Assembly (NCBI RefSeq): GCF_001194135.2
Contig: NC_069004.1
Location: forward strand, 18,285,269-18,321,460
DNA length: 36,192 nucleotides
DNA from: Octopus bimaculoides
Taxonomy: Eukaryota
Direction of reading: 5' to 3'
The notes below the pieces were generated by a model. That model made no database searches. It was not told where the DNA came from and saw nothing but the letters and a program-made list of their open reading frames with translations. The translations under genes and the position numbers were made by a program. Below, piece by piece: positions 34,090-36,192 of the stretch (positions within the stretch are counted from its first letter, which is position 1; each line of letters begins with the position of its first letter).

Positions 34090-34495
34090 AGTTAGATGGC
34101 GGTATAATCTTTCAGTGTTTCAGGAGCTACTTGTCGAAGTAATGACATTTATTGACGACCTCTGATCGAATAGTGTGTAGATTTATTAAAGTTTCCGATT
34201 CTGAAGCTTTTCTCAGCTATGAACCACCTGAAAGGTTGTGTTCCATTTCTGTATGGTTTGCCTGACTCGAAAATCTTCCATCTTATGTTGAAGTCAATAG
34301 CATCCTTTTTCTAACTCCAGTCATTGTTGTAGTTCTCTTTTCTGTATGACTGAAGGGAGAAGTGAGATTGGAGTAAAGTAATTTAAGTGTACCTTCTACC
34401 ATATCTATGTAGATTATGCGCACGATTCTAAGGTTTGGTTTGGTTTAGAATAAGTGACTTCTGTTTCATATATATAATTGTTTTAGCGATCACAC
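34090..34495 (-). pseudogene. Penelope-like element GIY-YIG endonuclease fragment (frameshifted)
   Basis: Stitched frames give KTIIY/ETEVT...IYIDMVEGTLKLLYSNLTSPF...WS*KKDAIDFNIRWKIFESGKPYRNG...EK...IRSEVVNKCH, matching PLE motifs (IY..EV, YIG.TE..FK.RY.NH, W.LK...F.I.W.I, KPY, RSE...KC). Confidence 0.75.
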
Positions 34496-34849
34496 ACACA
34501 CACATGTATATATACACACATACGCCTTCAACTACGTATATATACATAAACGTGTGTATGTATGCATATATGTATGTATGAATATATGTGCGTGTATGTA
34601 TGTGTGTATGATGCATGTGTGTGCGTATGTATGTATTATACTGTACATTAGCTTGCCAACTGTATCTCACATGTATGACTACATTACTTAGATTATGATC
34701 TACAAGTATGCCGTTAACGAGTGAATTTAATCGGGAAAGTCTGAGCGCCAATCCGAAAATATCGATCTTTTGATCAAATTCATTGAAGCTTGATCACATC
34801 TTTAAAACACATCTAATTGACCACTCACAGTATCTTTCTATATTCATAG

Positions 34850-34954
34850 ATCCAGAAGATCTATGATGAAAGGCATTCTAATCGTAACTATTCTATATGC
34901 ATCTGTGACATCAAACGCATAACAAAAGGGATGGAGAGAGGGAAGATATCCCAG
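34850..34954 (+). CDS. Candidate phase 0/0 coding exon (105 nt), product unknown
   Basis: Acceptor TCTTTCTATATTCATAG|A and donor CAG|GTACAA; open frame IQKIYDERHSNRNYSICICDIKRITKGMERGKISQ. Confidence 0.25.
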
Positions 34955-35194
34955 GTACAAGCGTGAAACAGCGTGAAACGACGGAAAATTCATTTAGCCC
35001 AGTCATACCTGTTGATAAAAATGGTGCAGAACAGGGCACCAAAAGTGACTTTGCCTGCCTTAGTTGAGGATTCTTTCAACACCACAGCGGGTCAAGGTTA
35101 ATTTCAGAATATATTATCCAATGCGCCCTGTTTTTCTAATGCAAGAGTGATTCGGTTGCTATTTTTATAAGAGTAGCCGACCACGTTTATAGCC

Positions 35195-35560
35195 GTAGAC
35201 GTAGCTGTGTTTGTAAGAAGCATGCTTCCCAACCACATGGTTTCGGGTTCAGTCCCACTGCGTGGCACTTTCGGCAAGTGTTTTCTACTATGGCTTCGGG
35301 GGTGACCAAAACCTTCTGTGTGGATGTGGCCCACGGAAACTGTGTGGAAGCCAATCGTATATGTGTGTGTATCTCTACGTTTGTCCCCCACCACCGCTTT
35401 CCAACCGGTGTAGGCGTATTTACGTCTCGTATATCTAGCGGTTCGGTAAAGGAAGACGAATAGAATAAGTAACTAAGATTTTTAAAAATAAGACCTGGGG
35501 ACGATTCGTTGGACGGTGCTCCAGCATGGCCATAGTCACATGACTGAAACAAGTAAAGCT
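35195..35560 (+). mobile_element. SINE family A, full length
   Basis: GGGTTCAGTCCCACTGCGTGGCAC..., tail GGTGCTCCAGCATGGCCATAGTCACATGACTGAAACAAGTAAAG. Confidence 0.85.
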
Positions 35561-35604
35561 GCATTGAATTAACCACAATCTAATAGAGCAGCAACTTTTA
35601 TACT

Positions 35605-35815
35605 TCATGTTTTTACTTGTTTTAGTCATTTGACTGCGGCCATGCTGGGGCTCCGCCCTCAAGGGTTTTAATCGAACAAATCGACCCCAGGACTTACATT
35701 TTCTTTTAAAGTCTGATATTCTATCATCTCCTTTTGCCGAACCGCTAATTTATGGGAACGTAAACAAATCAGCTACGAGTGTCAAACGGTATTTGAGACA
35801 AATACAAAGACATAC
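35605..35815 (-). mobile_element. SINE family A, 3' half, tail-to-tail with the previous copy
   Basis: TTTTACTTGTTTTAGTCATTTGACTGCGGCCATGCTGGGGCTCCG at 35611-35655. Confidence 0.85.
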
Positions 35816-36151
35816 ACGCACACACACATAGATACATACATACATATGTATAGACATGTGTGTGTGTACATATATGATATATACACACACATATAAATAC
35901 ACACACACATATAAATACACACACACATATATATATATATATATACAGTATAAAAACGAAGTGTGTGTGTGCGTGTGGCTGGCCGCCTACACTTTTTTCT
36001 GCAAAATAGGGGTAGTTTATCCTGTTCAGGCTATATTATTAGCATTATCCTGCGTTTGTGAATTTAAAATCACTTCTTTAACTTTCTAAGACATCTCAAC
36101 GCTTCTAAAAGCAACCTTCGTTTGTTTGTTTACGTTTATCGTAATGTAAAT

Positions 36152-36192
36152 TTAATCTATATATATATAAATGAGAATGTGTGTCTGTCTGT
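36152..36192 (+). mobile_element. Possible 5' end of a Helitron-like element, cut by the window edge
   Basis: A|TCTATATATATATAAATGAGAATGTGTGTCTGTCTGT: TC start after A, followed by (GTCT)n. Only about 40 bp visible. Confidence 0.3.

Noticed and set aside
34863-34922. Signal-peptide-like MMKGILIVTILYASVTSNA
   Set aside because: Stops after 19 codons with no donor site before the stop.
1-36192. CRISPR array, operon or prokaryotic defence system
   Set aside because: No regularly spaced repeat-spacer units or gene-dense regions; the sequence is eukaryotic repeat-rich DNA.

Overview
Eukaryotic (animal), AT-rich, repeat-saturated intronic or intergenic DNA from a draft assembly. About 7.1 kb of N lie in 17 gaps, most flanked by (TA)n, (CA)n, (TAA)n, (GATA)n or (GA)n microsatellites. 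The SINE repertoire looks like that of Octopus-type cephalopod genomes; this is recalled resemblance, not a database result. No host gene is confidently recognised, only two weak exon candidates, and nearly all ORFs in the supplied track are N-gap or microsatellite artefacts. Real coding relics are all mobile: a full-length frameshifted DD37D (maT-type) Tc1/mariner, an R4/Dong-clade RLE LINE, an RTE LINE 3' end and a Penelope-like GIY-YIG fragment. Also present are a Helentron-type non-autonomous element and many tRNA-derived SINEs. The most unusual signals are: two copies of a Penelope-type minimal hammerhead motif sharing a non-canonical CUGUCG core; two fold-back (inverted-duplication) insertions; a degenerate HDV-like ribozyme fold; and a stack of different elements nested in one (TAA)n tract.
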